NCBI GenBank assembly: GCA_002269645.1
Contig: NIVC01004189.1
Span: forward strand, 1 to 56,023
Direction: 5' to 3'
DNA: 56,023 nucleotides
Source: Macrostomum lignano
Taxonomy: Eukaryota
The translations under genes were made by a program, and so were the position numbers. Positions 35,230-46,227 of this stretch are shown one piece after another (position 1 is the first letter of the stretch; each line of letters starts with the position of its first letter). The notes under the pieces are model-generated. The model was given only the letters and a program-made list of their open reading frames with translations, was not told where the DNA came from and did not search any database.

Positions 35230-36036
35230 GCGGCATTGACAGCAGCCTGCTGGCTGCGACAGCAACTCCGGAAGTGGTTCTTCTTGCCACAGGCGTCGCA
35301 TGTCTTGCCCTTGGCCGGACAGGGGTCGTCGGTCCGTGGTCTCGCCCACAGCGTGTGCAGGCGCCGCCGGGTTTGGCCGTCCTGCCAGCTGGTGCTGGGC
35401 GGTGCCTCCCCTTTGCAGCGACCTTCTGGCCCTCGGCTGTCGGATCGATTGGACGGCAGCCGTGCTCGAGGTTGATGGCGCCATCGCCTTGGCTTCTTTG
35501 GAGGCTTCCTCGATGGAGACCGCGATGCTGAGTGCTTTCGCCAGGTTGAGGTCCTCCACCTTCTCCGTCAGCAGCCTCTCTCGGATTCTGGGGTTACTGG
35601 TCTTCTCAGCCAGCTGGTCTCTGATGAGATCGTCCTGTATCGCGCCGTAGTTGCACAGCTCCGTCAGCTCCCTCAGGTCTGCCACGAAGGTCTTGACGTC
35701 CTCGCCGGGTAGCTGCTGGCGCTGGCGGAAGCGATATCTGGCTACCATCACGTTGGGCTTCTCGCCGAAGATCTTCTCGAGCTCCGCCTTAGTTGCTGCG
35801 AACGTGTCGTTCTCCTTGATTGCTTGGCGTGCTCGAGCAACCCGCTGACCTTCGAATCCAAGCAGATGGAGCAGAAGGCTCTTCTTCAGCGGTTTCGCCT
35901 CTTCCTTCCCTTCGGGCTCCTTGAATTGGGCCGCCTCGTAATAAAATTCAAAGGCCTCAATCCATTGGCTCCATGGTACTGTCGGTGATCCGCAGTTCGC
36001 CAGGAAGGGCGTGGGTGCAGGGATGCTAGCCGCCAT
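35230..36036 (-). CDS. Gag of the LTR element (frameshifted in the zinc-knuckle region)
   Basis: The ATG lies within the PBS (36036). W..W...FE.Y, RYRFRQRQQLPGEDVKTFVADLRELTELCNYG and DDLIRDQL are retrotransposon gag motifs. The knuckles CTRCGRDH and CDACGKKNHFRSCC each lie in shifted frames. Confidence 0.85.
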
Positions 36037-36150
36037 CCTCGTCGCCAATGTTCTGTTGTTGAATTAACGAACGCAGAAACAAGATAGATAATTATCCGGG
36101 CGCTCGGTGGCACCAAAAGAAGGGGTTGGCCAATAGGAGGGCGGCTCGTA

Positions 36151-36245
36151 TATTTATACACGCGGGGAAGGAAAGTTCTAGAAAGACCGGGGAAGGAAAC
36201 TTCTGGAACTATGCGTAAACAAGTCCGCGGTGGAAGTTTCTAGAA
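36151..36245 (-). promoter_or_regulatory. 5' LTR: three perfect heat-shock elements plus TATA box
   Basis: The same motifs occur at 36171-36183, 36196-36208 and 36233-36245, with the TATA box at 36158-36151. Confidence 0.85.
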
Positions 36246-36369
36246 ACGCTGTCCCCGAACTACCCCTACGCATCGCATGCCTTTGCAATACACAACAGTA
36301 CTGCCCTGAGTCGCTGCAGGACGTGCTGCTACTCTCCCTTCAAGAGCCTCGACTTCTCGCGGCTTGGTC

Positions 36370-37140
36370 AGGCGAGAAGTCTGCGTTTCGTCGACCTGCT
36401 TCTAAGAGACGATGAGATATCTGACTCTCGTAGACTCTCTGTTCTACGCAACTTTGCGCGCGCGCGCGTTTTGACAGCAGCCCAGCCTGGCTTGTCCCGG
36501 GCTGCTGTAGCTTGATATTGTTGCTGTTGTCGTTGCTGTTGTTGGTCGGCAACTTCTCGGGGTAGTGCACGCCTAGTAGGGCGTAGCGCAGCAGGGACCT
36601 GTAGAGCGCGTCCAGGGCTCGCTCTCGTGTGTCAGTCATCGGCACCGCTTCCATGCCGTACAAGAGGATCGGCTCGGCTCCACGGCCGCGGGGAAGAGGG
36701 TAAGCGCACCTTCAGCTCGTCCCTCGCAGCTGAGCTGAAGACGTTCCTGAGCAGTCGCGAAGCGCACCAGGCCTGATTCCTCCTGTCGGAGACAATGGAG
36801 TCCGGACTCGTTGCTAGCGATCCGAGATACCGGAAGTCTTCGCGCACCACGATGGTGTTTACGTTGGGCAGCGAAAGTGCCGGGGCGGTGTCAGTGCCAC
36901 GTGCATCACCTCTTGTCTTGGGCACGTTGATAACCAGCTACCCGATCGCCCTACTCACAGAGCCGGGGATGAGCGCGTTGGGCAGCAGCTGGGTTGTGAC
37001 AGAGCAGCGCGATGTCATTGGTGTGCGTGAGAGCAGGCAACAAAACAGCAGGATGTCGGGAGCTTCGGCGTGGGACCAGCAAGTAGCTGTCGTCTCGTCC
37101 TCTTGAAGGGAGCGGCGCAGCACGTAATGCATGATAAAGA
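36370..37140 (-). mobile_element. Second RTE-like LINE remnant
   Basis: RRSSRHPAVLLPALTHTNDIALL (decayed YADD region), EDFRYLGS, LLYGMEAVPMT...LDALYRSLLRYAL. Confidence 0.75.
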
Positions 37141-37230
37141 GCAGGGGAGCTAGCGTGTCTTGCTAAGTTGTAATTATTGAATGACAATGGCTAAAAACAA
37201 AGTTAAAAATTGTTTAAACACAAAACAAAC

Positions 37231-37852
37231 TTAAATAGTTATACTGGTTTTTTTTCTTGGAAGATGCGAACCGATTCAGAATCTGAAATCGTAATGTGAA
37301 AAGCCGGAATTTTATTTTATTGTTTTTTTAGTCACAGGTTGTTTTTTAATTTGTTAAAGGCATTAAACTTGCCAATAAAAACTCTTCGCTGAAGTGGATC
37401 AATCTTAGGCGCCCTAACGAATCATTCGCCGAAATGGCCAGATTTAGAAGAAATAGCCAATAGGCCTAGTCTCTGCAAAAGCCCCTTCTGGTAAAGTGTA
37501 AAAAGCTACCCAGATTTTCGCAGAAAACATTACCTGAAAATTTTCTGTCAGATTTGCAGTGTCTTGTTAAAAACTGTGGTCTCTGTTAAAAAAGCTAATA
37601 AATAAAAAATTACTAGTAAAATGCGATCTTAATTTTTATTTCTGGCTGGTAAAAAGCAAGGTAAGACTTTACCCTAAAAAATTACCCGTAATTACCAGGT
37701 CCTTACCTGTAATTACCCAAACAAATAACGCTGCGATATTGTTTATTTGTTTACGCTATTTAGGCGTCTATCAATGAGGCTTTTCATATTACCAATTCCA
37801 GAATCAGAATCGGTTCGGATCTTCCAAGAAAAACAGCAGTATAACTATTTAA
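37231..37852. mobile_element. MITE with ~75-bp TIRs bounded by TTAA
   Basis: TTAAATAGTTATACTG...TTCTTGGAAGAT.CGAACCGATTC..A.TCTG at 37231-37305 is mirrored at 37775-37852. Confidence 0.72.
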
Positions 37853-39284
37853 TTCTGTTGAATGTTTGGCTGCCTTAACAACCTCAGCACAATTTTTCAC
37901 TTTCTTCTTGGCGATTGTCATTCAATAATAAAAACTTTATAGCTCGTATCTCCCTCTAGTTATGGAGACAAAAAGTTATACTTTACAAATTGGTTCTGGA
38001 CCAGAACAAGCAATATGAAAAGGCCCGAAGTACTCCCACTTTTGTTTAAATTTATCGCGATTTTTAAAACTAGCGCCGAATTATAAAAATCGTAAAGTAA
38101 AAATCGTAATGTAAAAAAATTAAATGTAAATGTCAGGAATGACTATAAAATATAACTACCTTTTAGTGATGAAAATGCCTTATCATCTAATTAGTTATTG
38201 TATTTTTGGTACACATTAATTTACTGACAAGATTCAATTTATCTCAAGCTTATAATATTATATTTATCTATCTAAATTGAATTGAAATTAGAATTGAGCT
38301 TAATTCTTATATATCTAATCTAACTAATTCCAATTACTAATACTAGAACTAATATTATGTTTGTGCAATTTGATAACTTTACTGTATATAGTGCATATTG
38401 CATTTGCATTTTGAAAAAAAACAAAGTAATGATTATACTTAAACAATGATTACCTATCTAAAAGTTTCTGCAACTTTAAGTTGAATGCCTCAAAGGTCCT
38501 AAAGTTAAGTAACTTTCTTTACTTAAAAACACTTATAAAGTATGTTACTACAAAAACAAACAATTGTAAAAACAAACAATATGACATTAAATTTTGTGTT
38601 CTCATTTGTGTTCTCACTTTGTTTTTTTGATTTTTTTATATTTGGAAGCACATTTGGAAATTGGAAAATGAAATTTCTGAATACAAAACATTCTGATTTC
38701 TATAAAAATGAGACTTTTTTTCAATTTGGATTCCAAATTTGAATATTTAGATCCATTGCTATTGATAGCACATGTGACCTAGAAGGCCATATAGCAGAGC
38801 CACAGCACTTTGACTAGGGGGCCTAGAACTTTGTTGGGGCCAAACGCCTTGCCACCTGATGTTTTTTGAGTGAATAGCCCAATGTCTATTGTGGTGACTG
38901 AGCTTGTATAGAAGTCTTTAATCCTCAGCTAGGAGGGGCATATCCAGTGAGAATGCAAAACTAGCAAGCAACAACAATGCAGATGAGCTTATAATGCCAA
39001 CAAAAAAGTTGCACAATTCATTCTTGCATTCCTCTAGGGTGTCAATGGCTAGGTTTAGTGCCACATGCTTTTTGTGCCCTATCAGAGTCTAGATAGCTAT
39101 TTACATTGCTGGGCTAGGCTGGCTAGCTGCAGTGATAGACCTAATGGCATTGTTGATAGTAGCCTACTGCCGCTTATCTAGAAGATGCTCAAATGTTTCT
39201 TCAGTGTAGCCTATGGGCTGCTAGTTTCTATGGAGCTGCTTGATATAGAGCCATACTTGCTTGATAGTTAGGTTGCTCTAATAG

Positions 39285-40461
39285 GGGAGGGGGGGGGGGT
39301 TCACAAACTCAAAATTTCACAACGTCGAAAGTACCCTCTTTCATAAGGTCAAAATTTCACAAGGTCGAAATTTCATAACATCAAAAACTTGAAAAGCAGC
39401 CACTTTCATAAGGTTGAAATTTCACAAGGTCGAAATTTCACAACATCGAAAACTTTAGCAAGAGACTTCATAAGGTCGAAATTTCACAAGATCGAAATTT
39501 CACAACATCGAAAACTTTGACTTCATAAGGTCGAAATTTCACAAGGTCGAAAACTCAAATAGCAGCCACTTTCATAAGATCGAAATTTTACAATGTAAAA
39601 ACTGAGAATTTAGCAGCCTCAAGTATGAAAAGATCAAAGTTTTACAATGTAGAAAACTAAAGTCTTTATTGTGTCAATGTTTATATCATTATTTTTTGTT
39701 TTAATAGCTTTGGTTCAGAGAAGTTTTTAATCACTTCTTTAAGTAGTTCAATGTCAAGGAGTGCTGAGTGCTCTGCTAAGTGTGTTATCACTACTGGGAC
39801 AATGGGTTAGTTTACATAAGCTGTAAGTTTAGCTATATAGTTGGGAAGCATTTTGGAATTAGGCCTAGAGCAGTAAAAAGCACCTAAAATTTGGTATCAG
39901 AAGTAGGATAAAATTAGGAGAAAAGAGAAAAACTTTGAAAAGAGAAAAAAGCCCTATAACTTTGGCAATGACTGGTTAGGATAAATTAGACTGTGACAAA
40001 CAGAAAAACACCTACAACATATATAGGCCTACTAAACAACAATAGAATATAGAAAAGCCTCGAAGGCTTACAACTATTAAGTCTTCTGCTAGAGTTTTCG
40101 ATGTTATGAAATTTTGACCTTGTGAAAGTGGCTGCTATTTGAGTTTCGATGTTATGAAATTTCGACCTTATGAAAGTGGCTGCTTTTCGAGTTTTTGATG
40201 TTGTGAAATTTCGACCTTGTGAAATTTCGACCTTATGAAGTCTCTTGCTAAAGTTTTCGATGTTGTGAAATTTCGACCTTATGAAAGTGGCTGCTTTTCG
40301 AGTTTTCAATGTTGTGAAATTTTGACCTTGTGAAATTTTGACCTTATGAAGTCTTCTGCTAGAGTTTTCTATGTTGTGAAATTTTGACCTTGTGAAATTT
40401 CAACCTTGTGCAATAATTTGCTTTTCGACGTTGTGAAATTTTGACCTTGTGAAAGCACCCC
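39285..40461. mobile_element. Foldback/MULE-like element with tandem-repeat inverted arms
   Basis: A 9-bp TSD CTCTAATAG lies at 39276-39284 and 40462-40470. Termini are GGG/CCC, and the arms are built of AAGGTCGAAATTTCAC-type units in opposite orientation. Confidence 0.82.
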
Positions 40462-41019
40462 CTCTAATAGACAGGCAGCAATTTTTATACTAGTCATATC
40501 AATGGGACCATTTGCTCTGTAGTGGCTCTAATGGCAGTGCTAATATTAGAATACTCCGCCTTGTATTAATCTCTATAATAGATCTCCTGATCTCTATAAT
40601 AGCCATAATAGAAACCTACAGCAAGATGAGGTCCAGTTCTAGGCTGTGGGCTAGCTAGACAAAGATGGTGCAATACTAGGGGGCCTTCAAAGTTTGATAG
40701 TTCATTGTGCCAAGTCTGAGGTGGCCATCTGGTACAGCTAGGGCCAGATGGAGGTTGGCCTCATGGTCCCTAGCACCACCCAGCAGATCTATAGTTGAAG
40801 TTGTAAGGACTAAAAATGATAGGCACCTGGCTGCGCCACAGAGCCACCCTTGCCAGTTGCACTCAGTACAACATTGTGTCCTGTGCCAACCTTTGTAAGT
40901 GCTTGCTATGCTGAACTTTGCTGCTGTAGCCAAGGCGCAGCTGTCTGAGCCAATTGAGGTTGTCTGCAGCTTGATGATCTGGCCATAATACCAGGTGTCT
41001 GTACTATTTGCATGGGTAT

Positions 41020-41345
41020 GCAAATATAATGGCTCGGCAAATGTAATGGCTCTGCAAAAATTATGGCCTTGCAAATATAATGACTCTGCAAATATCATGG
41101 CTCTACAAATATAATGGCTTTGCAAATATAATAGCTCTACAAATATAATGGCTCTGCAAATATAATAGCTCTACAAATATAATGGCTCTGCAAATATAAT
41201 AGCTCTACAAATATAATGGCTCTACAAATATAATGGCTCTGCAAATATAATAGCTCTACAAATATAATGGCTCTACAAATATAATGTCTGCAAAAATAAT
41301 GGCCTTGCAAATATAATGACCCTGCAAATATAATAACTCTGCAAA
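41020..41345. repeat. 17-bp minisatellite (CAAATATAATGGCTCTG)
   Basis: Tandem periodicity is directly visible. Confidence 0.9.
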
Positions 41346-41666
41346 TATTTGTAGTTAAAAGAACTTTTCTACACTTTAAAAATAGCAATTCAAAAACTTG
41401 ACTATTAAAAATTGACATATATTTATTTACATATATTAGAGCCATATATATATTGCTATTGCCACATGTGGCTATAATTTTAATGCAATCAAACTAGAGT
41501 AGGTGCAAGGTAGATAAATAAAAAACTATATTTCTGACAATTTAACAATAACAAATCATTTTACAGCTTTTTCTCTAATCTACTTTATTTCATGCAAGTT
41601 TAATTTGTACAAGTAAGCAATTATATTTGCGGCTTATAATTAAGGAAACTAAAAGCAAAACACAAC

Positions 41667-44195
41667 ATGGGACCTATTTCAAGACAGTCAGTAAGCAGCC
41701 GATCCAGTACTAGCAGCATTGTCAAAGGCCGCGCAGCCAGTGTCAGACAGCAGGCTCTGCAAAATCGAATGCGCCAGAGGCCTTCCGCTGAGAAGCTTGA
41801 CGCCGTTAGCGCAGCGGCGGCCGCAGCTGCTGCTACAGCCGCTGGCTATGGGCGCCAAGGTTCCCCGCTTGTCTTCGATGTAGCCCTAGAGTCGCGGAAG
41901 CGCCTGGCCACGCCGCGCGTTGTTGTCGCCGCCACTGAGGCAGCCGGGCGTAGAAAGCAGCAGCCGCCAACGCCGTCGTCTTCAACTCTGGCCGAGCCGC
42001 CGACTGCGCGCAAGTCCAGCGACCTCAAGCGCATCCGCAATCCGGAGCTGCGCGCCCTGGCGCTGGTCAATTCGCCAATGATCGATTCTCGGCGACAGCA
42101 GCAGCGGCGCTCCACCCTGTCTGGCCGGTCGCCTGCACCGGCGCCTCAGCAGCGGCAAATCGAATCGGCTGCTGCTGCCGGGGCCGACTTGGCCGAAGTG
42201 AAGGCGGCTATTGAGACCGGGGACGAATGCGAACGGGTGACTCGGGCCTACCTAATGATGCTGCACCAGCAGTGGGAGTACTTTAGGTGAGTACGCTTTT
42301 CTCTATGCTTCAAGAAGTTTCCGGACTGTGTTCACTGTGGACAGCAGGATTTTTTAAATAAGTTAAACTTTTACCTGAGAAAGCTGTACCCAAGAAATGT
42401 ACCCATTTTGAAGTTTGCAGTTTTTTATGCAGGTAAAACGGCATATTGGTGTCAAAAAGCATCCTCGGTATGTCTTGAAACGGCATTTAAATTAGCTAAT
42501 AAGGGAATAAATTTTTGAACCACCATAGAGTCCATAGATAAAAACCATTGACCCTCTGCAAACTTCAAAATCGTGTTAGAAATTTCTTGGGTACAGTTTT
42601 GAAATGCTCATAACTTTTGGCAGGCACGTGGTATCGCTGTGAAATTTATGCTTTAATAAAACAGACGTGAAAAAGAATATCAAGAAGGTATGAAAGTAAG
42701 GTTGGAGGCTGTTGCTAAATTAAATGCAAAAAGTTGTGTTTATAGTAATAAACTTCTTGCAATGCTTTTCAGACAGCTGATTGGCGATTGGCGCGAAGTT
42801 CTTTCAACGGAAGCTGCCTCAATACCGGAAGCTGGTCAAGGCAGCATTCGCACCGCCATTGGTATGGCGGAACTGCTCTGCAAAAAGAAGTTTCCATTCT
42901 TTGAAGGCATGCTAAAAAAGTGCGTTAACGCTCCACCGAACGATGCAGAGAATACGGAGCCAGACGCTACGCTGCCAATCCTTCCTGGCGATGTGACTGG
43001 CTACTGGACTTTGGTTGAGCGGGAAATTGACAACGTCAAGGCTGAATTTGCCAGCCTGGAGGCCGATCGCAGCGCCGGATGGCCAGCCAAAGCACCTGTG
43101 AAGCCGGCTCCGGCAAAGACTGCGCCGCGTAAGCAGCCACGACAGCCACCTCGGACAAAGACTGCTGGGGCAGCCAAGGCAAAGTCGCGATTTGCCGAAT
43201 TCCGCAAAAAACACCTGCTGACAATGTCTACTACAGGCGTTGGTGCTATCTCATCTCCGATGGTTAGTTTTGCTACGACTTCAAGATCAGGCTCCGTCTC
43301 CGCACGCAAGTCCTTCGCGGCTAAGACACCCGGAACCAGAACACCTTCCCAGAGAGTTTCTTCGGCACGAACTCCTGCAACAAAGACACTTGTGCAAAAT
43401 TTTCACGGTCGTTGCACTCCTGAAATTAAAAATTCGGAAAGAAGGACGTCTAGAAGAGTGACAGCTGGAGCGAAGACTCCTGGCAAAGAGTCGGGAGGAA
43501 CGAAGACTCCAGGCAAGGAGTCAGGAGGAGCGAAGACTCCAGGCAAGGAGTCAGGAGGAGCGAAGACTCCAGGCAAGGAGTCAGGAGGAGCGAAGACTCC
43601 AGGCAAGGAGTCAGGAGGAGCGAAGACTCCAGGCAAGGAGTCAGGAGGAGCGAAGACTCCAGGCAAGGAGTCAGGAGGAGCGAAGACTCCAGGCAAGGAG
43701 TCAGGAGAAGCGAAGACTCCAGGCAAGGAGTCAGGAGGAGCGAAGACTCCAGGCAAGGAGTCAGGAGGAGCGAAGACTCCAGGCAAGGAGTCAGGAGGAG
43801 CGAAGACTCCAGGCAAGGAGTCAGGAGGAGCGAAGACTCCAGGCAAGGAGTCAGGAGGAGCAAAGACTCCAGTCGAAGTCTCAGACTCGCAGTCCTCAGT
43901 AAAGGCTAGAATTGAGACATTTGAAGCGAGGATTTCCGCCACAAAGCGGGCCACCTCATCAGCCAAAGACGCGCCTGAGAAGTCGCCAGCTACCGCAGCT
44001 AAAAGGCGGCGCTCAACTAGCAAGTCGGTGTCCTTTAACGCCGTCTGTTTGCAATCTGCCGACGCCAGCCTCGGGGATCGAGTTGACCGGCAGCTGACGC
44101 CGTATCCGACCCGGCAGTCCGCCCGCCGGCGCCAGGCTAACTTGGGCTCTGATCAGCCCCTGGTTGCTACCATGGAAGCGCTGGAAGATGATTAA
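41667..44195 (+). CDS. DLGAP5: GKAP-domain protein, HURP/DLGAP5/Mars-like; exons 41667-42286 and 42773-44195
   Basis: GKAP block IPEAGQGSIRTAIGMAELLCKKKFPFFEGM...DVTGYWTLVEREIDNVKAEFASLE...GW. The basic, S/T-P-rich termini favour HURP over SAPAP. The intron is phase 2, GTGAGT...TTTCAG. An additional 5' exon cannot be excluded. Confidence 0.82.
43465..43872 (+). repeat. Coding 30-bp tandem repeat (GGAKTPGKES) x13.5
   Basis: Units start at 43471, 43501 ... 43831, with a partial unit at 43861. The array is in frame within exon 2. Confidence 0.97.
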
Positions 44196-44540
44196 GTTGC
44201 TAAGTTATAAAAGTGGAGGCCAATCGCTGCTAATTATAATAAACATTAAGGTCTTTTGGCCCTTATTAATTAGGTAATAGCAAGTTTATTATGTATTGCG
44301 TAGCGTCATGTGTCACAGTTGTACTTTAATTTTCATCCAAGACGAAAAGCGGTTAGTGCGCGAATGATGTAAGCAAAAGGAAGCAAAGCATAAGTTTGAA
44401 CGTATTCTATATATTAGCAGAGTATGCTAAAATCTTTAGACTTCTACACCTGCTTTTCCTTAGATGAATTCCAGTTTCATTTTCTATGCTACGTCCAAAC
44501 ATTCAAAATTCGCATTTGACGACTTCGGAACATCATACAT

Positions 44541-44696
44541 GCGCAACCTTGGGAATCCCTCGGCCGTTTCTATTGGCAACACACACATGTAAGTCGCTAT
44601 TGGACGGAATAGTACTCACGTGACTGCTCTCTGCCAATAGCGACTTACATGTGTGTGTTGCCAAAAGAGACGGCCGGGTGAATCCCCAGGTTGCGC
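44541..44696. mobile_element. 156-bp palindromic MITE-like hairpin
   Basis: ~63-bp inverted arms whose inner ~31 bp are perfect (TTGGCAACACACACATGTAAGTCGCTATTGG). Confidence 0.75.
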
Positions 44697-45625
44697 CCAA
44701 GCATGGGAACATTTTAATGCCTTCTTTTCAACTGAAATCTTTCCACCTAGGAAAGCTCATTTCAATGCGTCCTAAATACAGGCCCTGCTAGTGAATAAAG
44801 TAAATTTGGTGTGATTTATAGTTTCTGAATGCTAAACAAATTTTTTTAAACCTGTTTAATACATTTTTGTGAGCTTATAGTATGCAAAACTTTTTATCTT
44901 CTGCTAGTAACTCTGCTCACATAAATGAAATTTATTATATTCAGCTTTATCGGTGCGTCCATAGCATTCTGCGTTTTATTTTTTCCAACTCAATCAACAA
45001 TATTGAATCAGCCATGCTTTTCATAATATTTTCTTATTCGTTTCTCGCTACTCTCTGCCAGTAGTAGCAGTAGTAGCGTACGCCAATTTGGATTTGCGCA
45101 TTTTTTCAAAACCCGCATTTTGCTTCAATTTAAACCTCTGGGCATTTTTAGTTATAAAAAATTATTTTTATGTTCTACTAAATGTCATCGCAATTAAATC
45201 AGCAAGGGTATTAATACATCACGCTAATAAATATCTAGTAGTATATTCATGCATCCAATCAAAGTTATTTTTTGTCAAGAATTTTACTATCCGCTGTCAA
45301 ATTTAATTAATAATATTAATATTTTGTTTGCCAAAAATTAGTCAGACAAGCAGCTTTTGTTTTAATTGCTGCGCTGCTTTTCCAATGTTTTGTTATTAAA
45401 TGTCTTTTTTGAATTCGCGGTTTTCCATTTAGTCTATTGTATTTAAATTTAAGATTGTTTCTATTATTAATCCTACGCTATTATTAATCCTAATCCTACT
45501 AGATTCAGAATAAGTTAAGACGCTAATATTGCCTTGAAACCTCGGCAGTTGTATTATAATATCCACACTGATCTTCATTGATTTCATGGTAAGCTGTTAC
45601 TTGAACAGTTCAATAATTCGAAAAT

Positions 45626-46227
45626 ATGGATGTCACAAACCTAGGCAAGCCGTTGCTGGGGACTGCAGCCGCTATCTCAGCTGGTACTGAAGGCGACAGT
45701 CATCTCAGCATCACTGCCAAGGCCCTCACTACTTTGAGCTTGTTGCTCATCTTTCTGCCAATAACTTTGTATTTCTTTGCTAAGTCGCTTGTGTTTGAAG
45801 GTGAGTTGTGTCATTGTCATTGTCAAATATATCAGTCAGACTAGTGTCAGATCTATCAATGTCGAGATTTTCAGATCTATTAATGTCAGAGAGTGTCAAA
45901 TCTATTAATGTCAGTGTCAGATCTATCAATGTCAGTGTCAGATCTATTAATGTCAGTGTCAGATCTATCAATGTCAGTGTCAGATCTATTAATGTCAGAG
46001 TGTCAGATCTATCAATGTCAGTGTCAGATCTATTAATGTCAGTGTCAGAATAGCATAAAAATGGCAATGGTTGCATTCCAGGCCTGTTCCTGCTGTCATC
46101 GCGGCAGAGCTATATTTACTCGGCCATCCTGGCGGTGGTCACTGTCCATGTGCTGCTGGCAGGCTTCCTGCTGTTCGCATTCTACGAAGGCGGCCGGACT
46201 GTTTACGTGTCCTACAAGAGGGACTAA
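45626..46227 (+). CDS. VMA21: V-ATPase assembly factor VMA21, exons 45626-45800 and 46082-46227, 106 aa
   Basis: LIFLPITLYFFAKSLVFEG|LFLLSSRQSYIYSAILAVVTVHVLLAGFLLFAFYEG matches VMA21, with two TM helices. The C-terminal YKRD resembles an ER-retrieval tail. The phase-1 intron is GTGAGT...TTCCAG. Confidence 0.9.
45835..46050. repeat. 21-bp minisatellite in the VMA21 intron
   Basis: GTCAGTGTCAGATCTAT(C/T)AAT units. Confidence 0.9.

Larger units (their letters stand above)
33785..36297 (-). mobile_element. Internally deleted (non-autonomous) Ty3/Gypsy LTR retrotransposon, 2513 bp
   Basis: Two apparently identical 249-bp TG...CA LTRs (33785-34033, 36049-36297) and a 5-bp TSD GTACT (33780-33784, 36298-36302). 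PBS TGGCGACGAGGATGG and PPT GAAGGAGGGGAAGAA are present. Coding parts are gag with zinc knuckles, aspartic protease (VDCGA) and a C-terminal integrase piece. No RT or RNase H. Confidence 0.96.
33430..36355 (+). mobile_element. Old RTE-like LINE 3' remnant split by the LTR element
   Basis: RRALAWGAF...RLFQAVIET occurs on the left. LLRIRRLQLA.HVIRAE*Y|CPESLQDVLLLSLQ reads continuously across the LTR insertion site. Confidence 0.7.

Noticed and set aside
39986-41445. Repetitive ORFs (KTRKAATFIRSKFHN, QSHYICRAIIFAEPLYL)
   Set aside because: They are translations of the foldback arm and the 17-bp minisatellite.
43403-44023. Antisense repeat ORFs (PPDSLPGVFA, LLLTPCLESS)
   Set aside because: These are stop-free shadows of the 30-bp coding repeat. 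Only the plus frame is continuous with the GKAP domain.
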